Below are positions 54,083 through 64,000 of a stretch of DNA of 64,000 bases, piece after piece. Position numbers and translations under genes: made by a program. The notes below the pieces were generated by a model. That model did no database searches. It was not told the origin of the DNA and saw only the letters and a list, made by a program, of their open reading frames with translations. Origin of the DNA: an uncultured candidate division Zixibacteria bacterium (GTDB lineage Bacteria; Zixibacteria; MSB-5A5; RBG-16-43-9); the NCBI GenBank assembly GCA_963713865.1, contig OY970208.1, positions 832,001 to 896,000 of the forward strand, in the 5' to 3' direction. Within the stretch, counting starts at the first letter, position 1. The number at the start of each line of letters is the position of its first letter.

Positions 54083-56092
54083 ATGGAGCAGATAACCAGA
54101 GAGATATTCTGGAATGTCGGTGGAGTAAGATTAATAGTTTATCTCTTAGCTTTGATACCGGTTTTGCTCTTCGCTTTTGGGTTATGGAGAAAAATCAAGC
54201 TCTGGAGGATCGGGGGAAAAGAGAATCGATATGATCAGGTCTGGAAAAGGATAAAATCAACTCTTTATAATGGAATTCTGCAAGTCAGGAATTTAGAGAA
54301 AGCCTTCCCCGGCACATTCCACGTTCTTATCTTCTGGGGTTTTGTAATCCTTTTCATCGGAACAGTTATAATCTTTTTACAGGAGGATTTGACTCTTCCG
54401 ATATTTAACTATGAATTCCTTCAAGGGAACTTTTATCTCTGGTATTCTTTAATCTTAGACCTATTTGGCGTCTTAGCCATAATCGGAGTCCTTTTAGCTT
54501 TATACCGAAGGTTTTTCTTAAGGCCGGAAAGCCTGAATAACAAATCAGAAGATTTTCTTTCTTTATACTGGCTTTTACTGGTTCTTTTAACCGGATTTTC
54601 CAACGAAGGGTTAAGGATTGCAAGCACAACTCCTGATTTTGAAAGATGGTCTTTTGCAGGGTGGCAGATAGCTTCCGGTGTCAAATCTCTGGGATTGGAC
54701 ATTAATTCAATTCAAATCCTTCACCGCATAAGCTGGTGGATCCATCTATTATTGGCTTTCGGGTTTATCGGATATATCACCTATTCCAAGCTTCTGCATA
54801 TCATTTCTTCTCCTCTGAATATCTTCTTCCGTTCTTTTGAGCCGATAGGATTGATTAAACCGATACCGGACTTAGAAAACCAGGAGAACTTCGGAGTTTC
54901 CAAATTAGAGGAGTTCACCTGGAAAGACCTTTTAGATACAGATGCCTGCACTAAATGCGGCAGGTGTCAGGATAATTGCCCGGCTTGGGTTTCCTCAAAG
55001 CCGCTTTCTCCCAAGAAGGTTATCCTGGATTTGAAAGCTCATCTTTTAGAAAAGGGGAATCTACTGCTACAGAAAAAAGAGCTTAATCCAGAAAAAAATC
55101 TGATCGGCGAGATAATCTTAGAAGATGAGCTCTGGTCCTGCACCACCTGTGGTGCCTGTATGAGGGTTTGTCCGGTTTTAATCGAGCATATCCCCAAGAT
55201 AGTGGAGATGCGTAGGAATTTGGTCTTAATGCAGAGCAAATTTCCCCCAGAATTAAATCTTTTCTTTAAGAATTTAGAGAATAATTATAACCCCTGGACC
55301 ATCGGTTTTGCCACCCGGGCAGACTGGGCAAAAGATTTAAAAGTGAAACTGTTTTCTCAAGATAAGGATATTGAATACCTCTATTTTGTAGGTTGTGCTG
55401 GCTCTTTTGACGAACGGGTTAAAAAAGTCTCTAAGGCATTAATCAACATATTTAATCAAGCTAATCTAAACTTTGGCATCTTAGGAGAAGAGGAGTTCTG
55501 CTGCGGTGATTCTGCCCGCCGGATCGGGAACGAATATTTAGCCCAGGTTTTAATCCAGCAGAATATCGAGACCCTTAAAAAGTATAATATCAAAAAAGTG
55601 ATAGTCTCCTGTCCGCATGGATATAATACCTTTAAAAACGAATACCCTTTATTCGGTTATAAACTTGAGGTTGTCCATCATTCCGAGCTTATCTCTGATT
55701 TGATCAAAAAGGGGAAGTTAAACTTAAATAAAAAACTTGAGCAGGATATTACCTATCATGATTCCTGCTATTTAGGAAGATATAATCAAATCTATGAGTC
55801 TCCACGTAAGATTTTAAAATCCCTTTCCTTGAATTTAAAGGAGATGGAGCTTTCTAAATACAAAGGATTCTGCTGTGGTGCTGGTGGTGGCAGGATGTGG
55901 ATGGAGGAAAAGTTGGGCAAAAGGATTAATCAGATGCGGATTGAACAGGTTCAAAAGACTAAAGCAAAAATTGTCGCTACTGCCTGTCCTTTCTGTTTGA
56001 CAATGCTGGAGGATGGGATCAAGGAAAAAGAGATAAAAGATTTGCAAGCACAAGACTTAGCTGAGCTGGTTGATTTATCTTTACAGAAATAA
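54083..56092 (+). CDS. membrane Fe-S oxidoreductase (NarI-like TM, two [4Fe-4S], two CCG domains; ETF:quinone oxidoreductase-type)
   Basis: His-containing TM helices, CTKCGRCQDNCP, CTTCGACMRVCP, CCGD, HDSCYLGR, CCGAGGG. Confidence 0.88.
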   Translation: MEQITREIFWNVGGVRLIVYLLALIPVLLFAFGLWRKIKLWRIGGKENRYDQVWKRIKSTLYNGILQVRNLEKAFPGTFHVLIFWGFVILFIGTVIIFLQEDLTLPIFNYEFLQGNFYLWYSLILDLFGVLAIIGVLLALYRRFFLRPESLNNKSEDFLSLYWLLLVLLTGFSNEGLRIASTTPDFERWSFAGWQIASGVKSLGLDINSIQILHRISWWIHLLLAFGFIGYITYSKLLHIISSPLNIFFRSFEPIGLIKPIPDLENQENFGVSKLEEFTWKDLLDTDACTKCGRCQDNCPAWVSSKPLSPKKVILDLKAHLLEKGNLLLQKKELNPEKNLIGEIILEDELWSCTTCGACMRVCPVLIEHIPKIVEMRRNLVLMQSKFPPELNLFFKNLENNYNPWTIGFATRADWAKDLKVKLFSQDKDIEYLYFVGCAGSFDERVKKVSKALINIFNQANLNFGILGEEEFCCGDSARRIGNEYLAQVLIQQNIETLKKYNIKKVIVSCPHGYNTFKNEYPLFGYKLEVVHHSELISDLIKKGKLNLNKKLEQDITYHDSCYLGRYNQIYESPRKILKSLSLNLKEMELSKYKGFCCGAGGGRMWMEEKLGKRINQMRIEQVQKTKAKIVATACPFCLTMLEDGIKEKEIKDLQAQDLAELVDLSLQK

Positions 56093-56093
56093 A

Positions 56094-56858
56094 ATGATAT
56101 TAAAAGATTACCAGTTTTACGACCTTCTCTCCTCTGATTTAGACCTGATGGTCTCCTGGGGAAAAAGGCTTGAGAATGAAGCTCCTTTTTTCAACAAATT
56201 ATTCAAAGAAAACAGGGTCAAGAAGGTCTTGGACCTTGCCTGTGGAACCGGGCATCATTCCATTTTCTTTGCTAAATCCGGTTATGAGGTTATCGGAATA
56301 GATAAAAGTAAGGAGATGATTAAACTTGCAAAAAGAAATTCTAAAGGGATTTCTGGAGTTAAATTTCTCCAGTCAAGTTTTCTTGAAATTTATCCCACGG
56401 TAAAAAATAGATTCGATGCGGTTATCTGTTTAGGAAACTCCCTTCCTCACCTTTTAAGCAAAAAGGATCTTAAAAAGACTTTGCAGAATATCTATAATCT
56501 CCTTAATCCGGAGGGAATTCTGATTATTCAGAACAGAAACTACGATAAAATCCTCTTTAGAAAAATAAGATTTATGTTTCCGAACATCATAGATAGAGAA
56601 GACGAAAGGATTATATTTCTGAGGATGCTTGATTTTAATAAGTCCAAGATAATCTTTAACTTAGTTACTTTCAGACAAAAAGAAGGGAAGTGGAGTTTTC
56701 AAACAAAAACAACACTTTTGCGTCCAATATTGAGAAAAGAGATAGAAAATATCTTGAAAGGGGTAGGTTTCAAAGATAAGAAATTCTACGGAGATTACAG
56801 ATTTTCACCCTTTAGAAGGTATGAGTCAGAAGACCTGATAATTTTTGCCAGAAAATAG
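56094..56858 (+). CDS. class I SAM-dependent methyltransferase
   Basis: VLDLACGTG, FDAVICLGNSL.H. Confidence 0.9.
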   Translation: MILKDYQFYDLLSSDLDLMVSWGKRLENEAPFFNKLFKENRVKKVLDLACGTGHHSIFFAKSGYEVIGIDKSKEMIKLAKRNSKGISGVKFLQSSFLEIYPTVKNRFDAVICLGNSLPHLLSKKDLKKTLQNIYNLLNPEGILIIQNRNYDKILFRKIRFMFPNIIDREDERIIFLRMLDFNKSKIIFNLVTFRQKEGKWSFQTKTTLLRPILRKEIENILKGVGFKDKKFYGDYRFSPFRRYESEDLIIFARK

Positions 56859-56887
56859 TCGGCTTTGACGGAAAAAAAGGAGAAAAA

Positions 56888-57136
56888 ATGACAGAAGAGA
56901 AAAAAATCACCAAGGAAATGTCTTTTGGTGAAATCTTGAAAAAGTACCCGCAGACAGTTAAGACCTTCTTTATGTACGGGATGCACTGTTTCGGATGTGC
57001 CATAGCTGAGGATGAAACCATTGAACAGGGGGCTTTAGCTCACGGTGTATCACCGGATGAGTTAATCGAGGAGTTAAATAAAACCATATCCGGGGAAGTG
57101 AAAATAGAAGATGAACAACAACCAGAAGTTCATTGA
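56888..57136 (+). CDS. DUF1858 domain protein
   Basis: ITKEM...YP...F..YGMHCFGC...ETIEQG...HG. Confidence 0.85.
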   Translation: MTEEKKITKEMSFGEILKKYPQTVKTFFMYGMHCFGCAIAEDETIEQGALAHGVSPDELIEELNKTISGEVKIEDEQQPEVH

Positions 57137-58025
57137 GGATATTCTTCAGTTAAAGAAAGATCGTAAAGCGGTTATCCTGGCTCATAACTATCAAATACCA
57201 GAAGTGCAGGATATTGCGGATTTCTCTGGAGATTCCTTGGGTTTAAGCCAGGAGGCGGCAAAAACAGAAGCGGAGATAATCCTTTTCTGCGGGGTTCACT
57301 TTATGGCTGAAACCGCAGCCATTCTCTGCCCGGGAAAAACAGTTCTGATACCAGATTTGAATGCCGGGTGTCCAATGGCAAATATGATAACTTTGAGACA
57401 GCTCAAAGAGCTTAAAAAGAAGCATCCTGAGGCAATGGTCGTTACCTACATAAATTCAAAAGCCGAGATAAAAGCTGAAAGCGATTACTGCTGCACCTCC
57501 TCCAATGCGATTAACGTAGTTCAATCAATACCGGAGAATAAGGAGATTATATTTGTACCGGATAAATATTTAGGTAGCTATGTCGCTTCCCAAACCAGAA
57601 GAAATCTCATCCTCTGGGAAGGGTTTTGTCCCACCCATCGAAGGATTTTACCGGAGGACATACTGAAAAAGAAAGCCTTGTATCCCAAGGCTGAGGTCCT
57701 GGTTCATCCTGAATGTATTCCTGAGGTTATCGCTATGGCGGATAAGGTTCTTTCAACCACTGGAATATGTAAATATGCTAAGGAATCTAAATCCGAGGAG
57801 TTTATAATTGGCACCGAGATCGGAATTTTGCATAAATTGAAAAAAGAAAACCCGGAGAAGAAGTTTTATCCAGCGTCTGAGTTAGCAGACTGCCCGAATA
57901 TGAAGCTGAATAATTTAGAAAAGCTTTTATGGTCCTTAGAGGACCTGGTTTATAAAGTAGAAGTCCCGGAGGATATTGCACAAAGAGCTAAGAGGTCAAT
58001 TGACCGGATGCTGGAGATAGTTTAG
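57111..58025 (+). CDS. nadA: quinolinate synthase
   Basis: LAHNYQ, GDS, CGV.FMAE, GC.MA, HPEC, CPNM. Confidence 0.97.
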   Translation: MNNNQKFIEDILQLKKDRKAVILAHNYQIPEVQDIADFSGDSLGLSQEAAKTEAEIILFCGVHFMAETAAILCPGKTVLIPDLNAGCPMANMITLRQLKELKKKHPEAMVVTYINSKAEIKAESDYCCTSSNAINVVQSIPENKEIIFVPDKYLGSYVASQTRRNLILWEGFCPTHRRILPEDILKKKALYPKAEVLVHPECIPEVIAMADKVLSTTGICKYAKESKSEEFIIGTEIGILHKLKKENPEKKFYPASELADCPNMKLNNLEKLLWSLEDLVYKVEVPEDIAQRAKRSIDRMLEIV

Positions 58026-58164
58026 ATAATAACATAATAAAGCTTTATATTGGAGTGTAAACCTTTAGGTTTACCATTTTAGTTCTATGATTTTTCGATC
58101 TATCTAAAGTAGAAAGATAAAACTAAAGCTTTATACTCCAGAGTTTCTTCCCCCCAATCTCATT

Positions 58165-58986
58165 ATGCCAGAACTACCTGAAGTCGAGACAATTGTTCGG
58201 GGATTAAAAAGGACTGTATTAGGAAAAAAGATAAAGGCAATAACGATAGTCCCCTCCAGAGTTCTGCGTAATAAATTAAGTTATTTCAAACGAAACCTGA
58301 TAGGGTTGAAAATTATAGGTGTAAAAAGAAGGGGGAAAAATATAATCCTGCAATTATCCAGTGGAAATTTAATCCTTATTCACCTGGGGATGACTGGTAA
58401 CTTGATTTATCTTAAAAGACCAGCTCCTTTAATAAAACATGACCATCTAAATATGGAGTTTTCAGATAAAAGCCAGTTAAGGTATAACGACCCCAGGAAA
58501 TTCGGTAAATTCAAGCTGGTCAAATCATCTCGAATAGAGAATATCGGAGATTTAAAAAGTTTAGGTCCTGAGCCTCTTGAAATAACTGAGAATGATTTCA
58601 TTCGACTTTTGCAGACGAGAAGAGGCAGGATTAAATCCACTCTGTTAAATCAAAAATTTATCGCTGGAATCGGGAATATCTATGCAGATGAGGCTTTGTT
58701 TGAAGCCAAAATCTATCCGGAGGAAAAACCCTGTAATATCAGCTCAAATAGACTAAAGAAACTACACCAGGCAATTCAGAAAATACTAAAAAAAGCTATT
58801 CATGCTGGTGGCTCCTCCATAGATAATTATTTAGATGTGGAAGGGAAACAGGGATTTTTTCAATTCTATCATAAGGTTTATGGTAAAACGGGAAAGCCCT
58901 GTCCGAGATGCAAAACCAGAATCAAAAGGATAACCCTAAACCAGCGCTCTACTCACTTCTGCCCACAATGCCAGAGAAAGATGTAG
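58165..58986 (+). CDS. mutM: formamidopyrimidine-DNA glycosylase
   Basis: MPELPEVET, HLGMTG, GIGNIYADE, C-terminal Zn finger. Confidence 0.97.
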   Translation: MPELPEVETIVRGLKRTVLGKKIKAITIVPSRVLRNKLSYFKRNLIGLKIIGVKRRGKNIILQLSSGNLILIHLGMTGNLIYLKRPAPLIKHDHLNMEFSDKSQLRYNDPRKFGKFKLVKSSRIENIGDLKSLGPEPLEITENDFIRLLQTRRGRIKSTLLNQKFIAGIGNIYADEALFEAKIYPEEKPCNISSNRLKKLHQAIQKILKKAIHAGGSSIDNYLDVEGKQGFFQFYHKVYGKTGKPCPRCKTRIKRITLNQRSTHFCPQCQRKM

Positions 58987-59040
58987 TGGAAAAGGTAGTA
59001 AGAGGCTTTTAGGGACTATTTAAAACTAGATTTAAAAGAG

Positions 59041-59140
59041 TGTCATTCTGAGTCCCGCTTTTAGCGGGACGAAGAATCTCTGCATTCATTAAGGAGATTC
59101 TTCGGTCGTCTCGCCAAAGGCGGACTTCCTCAGAATGACA
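59041..59140. repeat. TGTCATTCTGAG...CTCAGAATGACA palindromic MITE-like element
   Basis: 12-bp perfect terminal IR, internal GAAGAATCTC/GAGATTCTTC. Confidence 0.8.
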
Positions 59141-59314
59141 GGTTGGGTTTTCAACACACCCTTTCAACCTCGCTATTTCTCAACATTGGCGAACCTGAAA
59201 GGTTCGCACTACATATATAGAGGAACTCTTCAGAGTCCCAAATCTGGAAAATAATAAAAATCACCATAGGTTCGACTTTTTGCCAAAAATATTAGAAAGA
59301 TTCGCATTTTCCCC

Positions 59315-59363
59315 TTGACAAAACTTGAATCCTGTAATAAAATATATGTGAAAGATTTCACAA
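59315..59363 (+). promoter_or_regulatory. rex promoter with Rex operator
   Basis: TTGACA-N17-TAAAAT, then ATGTGAA-AGAT-TTCACAA (59346-59363), matching TTGTGAA-N4-TTCACAA. Confidence 0.8.
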
Positions 59364-59367
59364 AACT

Positions 59368-60006
59368 ATGCGCCGGATATCAGAATCAACCATACGCAGG
59401 ATGTCACTCTATTACCGAACTCTGGTGAGTTTGCAGAAGGAGAATTATACTACTATCTCCTCCAGGGAACTTGCCAGGAGGGATAAACTTACACCAGCCC
59501 AGGTGAGGAAGGACCTTTCCTTTTTTGGGAGTTTCGGTACCAGAGGTTTGGGTTATTCGGTGAACGAGCTTAAGGATAAAATCGCCTTTATTTTAGGTCT
59601 TTCCAGAACCTGGAACGTGGCTTTAGTTGGAGTGGGTAATGTCGGTTCAGCTTTAGTATCCTATAAGGAATTTTCCAGACAGGGATTTATCATAAAAAAG
59701 ATTTTCGATAATGACCAGAGAAAGATCGGCAGGAATCATAAGGGGATTTTAGTCTCGAATGTTGGAAATTTAGCTGAGGATTTGAAGGAAAACCAGATCG
59801 AGATCGTGATTATTGCAGTCCCCGCTTCAGCTGCTCAAAAGATAGTAGATGAGGTAGTTGAAGCCGGAGTTCATACCGTTCTGAATTTTGCCCCGACTAA
59901 TCTCAAAGTGCCTGAAAATGTAGTTTTGCGAACGGTCAATATGGCTATGGAGTTGGAACACCTCTCCTTTGCCCTGACCAACCGTGGGAAGATAAAAGAG
60001 CTATAA
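59368..60006 (+). CDS. rex: redox-sensing transcriptional repressor Rex
   Basis: RR.SLY.R, QVRKDLS.FG.FG.RG.GY, G.GN.G.AL, LNFAP. Confidence 0.97.
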   Translation: MRRISESTIRRMSLYYRTLVSLQKENYTTISSRELARRDKLTPAQVRKDLSFFGSFGTRGLGYSVNELKDKIAFILGLSRTWNVALVGVGNVGSALVSYKEFSRQGFIIKKIFDNDQRKIGRNHKGILVSNVGNLAEDLKENQIEIVIIAVPASAAQKIVDEVVEAGVHTVLNFAPTNLKVPENVVLRTVNMAMELEHLSFALTNRGKIKEL

Positions 60007-61224
60007 ATCTCTTATCCCTTTTACCAGAAACCCTCCTATTCCCCCTAAGGCAACTAAAACCCCGCTCAAGAAGATTATCATCTGGATATGTAAAAGGCCG
60101 CCTAAGACACCTACCAGGGCTAATGAGATTGGTCTTAAACCTCCGCTTATAGTACCCAGGGTACCAAAAATCCTTCCCTGTTTCTCTTGAGGTATTCTCG
60201 TCTGGAAAACTGCCGGCACTAATATATTGGCAAAAGAGAACCCAAATCCACAAATGCCTAACAAAAGGATGGAAGTCCAGAACGACTCGGAGAGACCAAA
60301 TAAAGCCAAAAAAATCCCGGCTAAAACTATTCCGCTCAATATAAATAACCCTTTTCTTCTCACTCCTCCGATCATTCCCAGAAAAAGGCTGCCCAAAACC
60401 ATTCCTATGGAGATGCTTGAGCCTAATACCCCGAACCCCTCAGCTCCCATCTTTAATATCTTTTTGACCACCAGAGGTATGAGAACCCCTACCGGTGCCA
60501 CAAAGAAGTTCAGGAGCGAAAACAGAAACACAAGCCCTAATATTCCCGATTCAGTCCGGATAAATTTCAACCCATCCAGAAGGTCGTTTAGAAACTTTTT
60601 TCTCTTTTCCTGATCAAAAACTTTCTCCGTCTTGATTCTGACAAGAAAAATAGCTATGACCGAGACAAAAAAGCTTAAAGCATCTAAAAACATTACCGTT
60701 CCAGTTCCAAAGAGAGCTACCAAGGCACCACCTAAGGCAGGTCCGATAATTCCCAAAAGATTATTACTCAATTGAGATAAAGAATTAGCTCGAATCAGTT
60801 GTTCTTTATCTACAATAACCGGTATAAAAGAGGCTAAGGCCGGGTTGAAAAAGGTAGACATAGAAGAAAGAAAGGCGGCGATTATAAATATATGCCAGAC
60901 CTGCAGTTGATTTAAAAAGTAGAGTATTCCGGGAATAATAATCAGTATCCCCCGACCTAAATCCATCAAGATTAAAAGCTTTCTTTTATCTACCCGGTCG
61001 ACGTACGTTCCAGCAAAAGGTCCTAAGATGATGGAAGGTAATGAAGAGCAGATAGCCACAGATGCCATAGCCGCAGTTGAGCCGGTCCTCTCTAAAACCC
61101 ACCACATCAAGGCGATCATATAAAGGAAATCACCTACTAAAGAGACGCTCTGGCCTACCCAGATAAAAAAGAAATTCAGATTTCTGAAAATCGAAATTGA
61201 GCTTTTTTCTTGAAGGTTTTCCAT
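60001..61224 (-). CDS. MFS transporter (DHA3/macrolide-efflux-like)
   Basis: GQ.VS..GD, G.YVDR..KR motif A, about 12 TM helices. Confidence 0.88.
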   Translation of the reverse strand: MENLQEKSSISIFRNLNFFFIWVGQSVSLVGDFLYMIALMWWVLERTGSTAAMASVAICSSLPSIILGPFAGTYVDRVDKRKLLILMDLGRGILIIIPGILYFLNQLQVWHIFIIAAFLSSMSTFFNPALASFIPVIVDKEQLIRANSLSQLSNNLLGIIGPALGGALVALFGTGTVMFLDALSFFVSVIAIFLVRIKTEKVFDQEKRKKFLNDLLDGLKFIRTESGILGLVFLFSLLNFFVAPVGVLIPLVVKKILKMGAEGFGVLGSSISIGMVLGSLFLGMIGGVRRKGLFILSGIVLAGIFLALFGLSESFWTSILLLGICGFGFSFANILVPAVFQTRIPQEKQGRIFGTLGTISGGLRPISLALVGVLGGLLHIQMIIFLSGVLVALGGIGGFLVKGIRDL

Positions 61225-61235
61225 CAGGTTATTCC

Positions 61236-62318
61236 TTAAGTTTGTAAAAGATTTTTCCCGTTAGCAAAATCGAAAAATAAGACCTTATTCAGGTTAAAGG
61301 ACAATCCTATAAAACTTCCCACCAAAAGATTTTCCCTGAACCTTTCCCTGACTACCAGCTTTTTCCCTCCGATTTTAAAATAAAGGAAAATCTCCCCTCC
61401 CGCAGGCTCAATCTGCTCCAATTCTAATTTGAACTCTTCTTTTTCAGGAGATATATGAATGTCCTCTGGCCTTATCCCTAAATAAATTTCTTTCCCCAGA
61501 TGAGCTTTCAAATCCGTATCCCATTTTTTCGGGAGTGACAGTTTATAATTTTCTTCAAAGATAAATTCTAAGGAATGAGTCAGCTTTCCTTTAAGAAGAT
61601 TTACAGCAGGCGTGCCTATGAAGGAAGCCACGAAAGTATTCAAAGGAGAGTTATACAACTCAAAAGGTGCTCCAATCTGCTGAATAACTCCACCTTTTAA
61701 AACCAGGACCCGGTCTCCCAAAGTCATAGCCTCCAGCTGGTCATGGGTTACATAGAGGATAGAGGTTTTGAGTTTCTTATGCAGTTTCAAAAGCTCTCCT
61801 CTCATCTGTACTCGAAGCATAGCATCTAAATTGGATAGAGGCTCGTCAAAGAGGAAGAGCTTTGGTTTTCTCACTATGGCCCGGCCTAAAGCCACCCTTT
61901 GTCTTTCTCCTCCGGAAAGGGCTTTTGGTTTTCTCTGAAGAAGCGTTCTTATATCTAAAATATCTGCGGTTTCAAAGACACTATTTTTGATCTCCTTCTT
62001 ATTGTATCCTCTTAATTTCAAAGGGAAAGCAAGGTTCTCAAAGACGGTGAAATGAGGGTAAAGGGCGTAGTTCTGAAAGACCATAGCTACGTCTCTTTGT
62101 TTAGGTGGAAAGTCATTGATTTTCAGCTCGTCCAGATAGATCTCACCGGAATTAACCTCCTCTAACCCGGCTATCATCCGGAGGATGGTGCTTTTTCCAC
62201 AGCCGGAGGGACCAACCAGGACGAAGAACTCGCTCTCTTCCACTTGAAAGTCGATATCCTTCAAGACCTGATTCTGGTCGAAAGACTTGTTTACTTTTTT
62301 GAGCTGAAGCTTTGGCAT
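61236..62318 (-). CDS. MalK/UgpC-type sugar ABC ATPase
   Basis: GPSGCGKST, MVFQNYALYPH, LSGGERQR, YVTHDQ.EA, TOBE tail. Confidence 0.93.
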   Translation of the reverse strand: MPKLQLKKVNKSFDQNQVLKDIDFQVEESEFFVLVGPSGCGKSTILRMIAGLEEVNSGEIYLDELKINDFPPKQRDVAMVFQNYALYPHFTVFENLAFPLKLRGYNKKEIKNSVFETADILDIRTLLQRKPKALSGGERQRVALGRAIVRKPKLFLFDEPLSNLDAMLRVQMRGELLKLHKKLKTSILYVTHDQLEAMTLGDRVLVLKGGVIQQIGAPFELYNSPLNTFVASFIGTPAVNLLKGKLTHSLEFIFEENYKLSLPKKWDTDLKAHLGKEIYLGIRPEDIHISPEKEEFKLELEQIEPAGGEIFLYFKIGGKKLVVRERFRENLLVGSFIGLSFNLNKVLFFDFANGKNLLQT

Positions 62319-62550
62319 AATTCAAAATAATTTGGTTAATTATATATTCTGAAAATCAGATTGGCAAGGTATTAAACCAACTTTCTTAAAAATTCAGTTG
62401 TTCGACTTCTTCTTCATCTTTTATCTGAAGTTCTTTTTTTTATTATGGAAAATTCTAAGATTTACTTAGAAAAGTACTTGATTAACTGGTCTATGTTTAT
62501 TTATATATAGTTACTCTAAAATTTAAACCTTTTTCCTGTAGGAGGGGAAT

Positions 62551-63627
62551 ATGAACAATAAAAGGCTTATCATACCTTTAATCGGATTAGCTTTACTTTT
62601 AGCTCTGATATACGTGGTAGTCCAGAGCCAGCAGTCCAAGAAGTCTAATCTAACAGTTAGAACTCCATCTAAAATTTCTGGTTTTGAGATCATCGATATA
62701 GGAACTGGCAGAGCCCCCAGATTCTCTCCAGACAGCAAAAAGATTGCCTTTCTCAGTGGGGGATGGCTTTGCCTTGCCAATTCAGATGGAACAGGCCAAA
62801 TCCAGAATATAGCACCGGTTAAGGCATTAGATTTTCAATGGGTGGATGATAGCACATTGATTTACTGGTGGCAAGATTCTCAGAAAAGAACCAGAACCGT
62901 GGCAGTGGTCAATCTAAAAGGAGAAGTGACTTTCTCAATTACTGGGGAAGAGCAGACGCTAATTGAGTTTCCTCCCGTTTTTTTACCTGATGGTACGGTG
63001 GGATTTTATAAAAACGATGAAAGTGGTTCAAGAATTTTTAAATCAATAAGAAACGGGAAGGTCGCACCGGATTCAGTTCTCAAACAGTTGCGCGCTCAAA
63101 TAGCTTTTGACAACCCCCTTGCTATGTATGGAGATATCTGGCTGGTTAGCGTGGATGGGACTATCAAAAAAAGGATAACTACAAATAAGAGATTTGATTT
63201 TCCTGAGTTATCGCCAAACGGTAAGAAAATCTTGGCACACAAGATTCCAGGTGCAGACCCATATTTAGGACAAGGAGCTTATGTAATCGACCTCGAGGGG
63301 AATGAAAATTATATAGGAGATGAAGATGTACGGATACCCGTGCATGATTCCACTGGAAAGATTCTTTATCATAATACTGAAGGCTCGGTAGGTTTACTAT
63401 CTAAGTGGTCTCCAGATGGAACAAAAATTGTCTATATGTATCAAAGAAATGACTATGAAGATCTTGGTGCCTCTGATATAGTTATAAAGAATGCTGATGG
63501 AACTGGAAGATTCCAGATTAAAACTTCTGATGAAATGGAGTTGGAGCCTGTCTGGTCTCCCGATGGGAAAATGATTGCATGTGAGACCTATAGGACAAAC
63601 AAAATTCGTATTTTTAAGTTAAAATAA
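62551..63627 (+). CDS. membrane-anchored TolB-like (PD40) beta-propeller
   Basis: N-terminal TM; FSPD.K.IAF, WSPDGTKI, PVWSPDGK. Confidence 0.8.
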   Translation: MNNKRLIIPLIGLALLLALIYVVVQSQQSKKSNLTVRTPSKISGFEIIDIGTGRAPRFSPDSKKIAFLSGGWLCLANSDGTGQIQNIAPVKALDFQWVDDSTLIYWWQDSQKRTRTVAVVNLKGEVTFSITGEEQTLIEFPPVFLPDGTVGFYKNDESGSRIFKSIRNGKVAPDSVLKQLRAQIAFDNPLAMYGDIWLVSVDGTIKKRITTNKRFDFPELSPNGKKILAHKIPGADPYLGQGAYVIDLEGNENYIGDEDVRIPVHDSTGKILYHNTEGSVGLLSKWSPDGTKIVYMYQRNDYEDLGASDIVIKNADGTGRFQIKTSDEMELEPVWSPDGKMIACETYRTNKIRIFKLK

Positions 63628-63646
63628 GCCTTTTGGAGGGGTGAAA

Positions 63647-63961
63647 ATGAAAAAATTAGCAATATTTGGGGTTCTATCTTTTTTTACTTTATTAACCTTC
63701 TTTGACATGAAAAATTCTTATGCGAAAGAGTATGAGGTTTTAGATGATACAATCTTTACCAATCCACATGATATTTGTATAGACCCTGGGCATGGAGGAC
63801 TTGGTGCAAGTAAATATAGAAATATACAAGGGCGGATACTATCTACCTGTTTAAGTACATTTACTAAAGACAATTTGGTAAAAATATCTATAAATGGCAA
63901 AAAAACACTTAACAAACTGGAATTACTTGACTATTCTTTCATTGATTCAAAGTATATTTAA
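63647..63961 (+). pseudogene. truncated N-acetylmuramoyl-L-alanine amidase (Amidase_3) fragment
   Basis: signal peptide and ICIDPGHGG, then no recognisable amidase sequence. Confidence 0.55.
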
Positions 63962-63985
63962 ACCTTTTTCCTGCAGGAGGGGAAA

Positions 63986-64000
63986 ATGAACAACAAAAGG
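63986..64000 (+). CDS. start of a paralog of the 62551 gene (MNNKR...)
   Basis: 45-bp near-identical upstream/start segment. Confidence 0.6.

Noticed and set aside
61236-62318. Orphan sugar ABC ATPase next to an MFS gene as a novel transporter
   Set aside because: Stand-alone MalK/MsmX-type ATPases are common

Overview
AT-rich bacterial chromosome segment. Dockerin-tailed SBBP proteins, a FlgD-Ig/T9SS-like C-terminal domain and an LPS/Kdo operon suggest an FCB-group organism such as Zixibacteria (inference). Core genes: kdsB-pyrG-kdsA-kdsC-kdsD-lpxL-lptC-lptB-rpoN-hpf-hprK-mlaD-GH57, etfBA plus a membrane Fe-S oxidoreductase, nadA, mutM, rex, htpX, ridA, sppA, tRNA-Asn and tRNA-Met. Accessory content: an MntA/HepT toxin-antitoxin pair, a PlpD-like protein, an ABC-F gene behind a GTG-AAA-TAA (MK) uORF attenuator, a HypD-like glycyl radical enzyme with a short activase, and a four-gene divergent chaperone-usher-like pilus locus with a sigma28-type promoter (the best candidate for an undescribed system). 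Intergenic DNA is crowded with several palindromic repeat families, and one micro-hairpin (CCGC-N5/6-GCGG) is nested inside them and inside two degenerate tRNA-Asn copies. Five separate frameshifts are all the same +1 insertion in GTCTGG/CCAGAC, which looks like a motif-specific (probably methylation-linked) sequencing artefact rather than gene decay.
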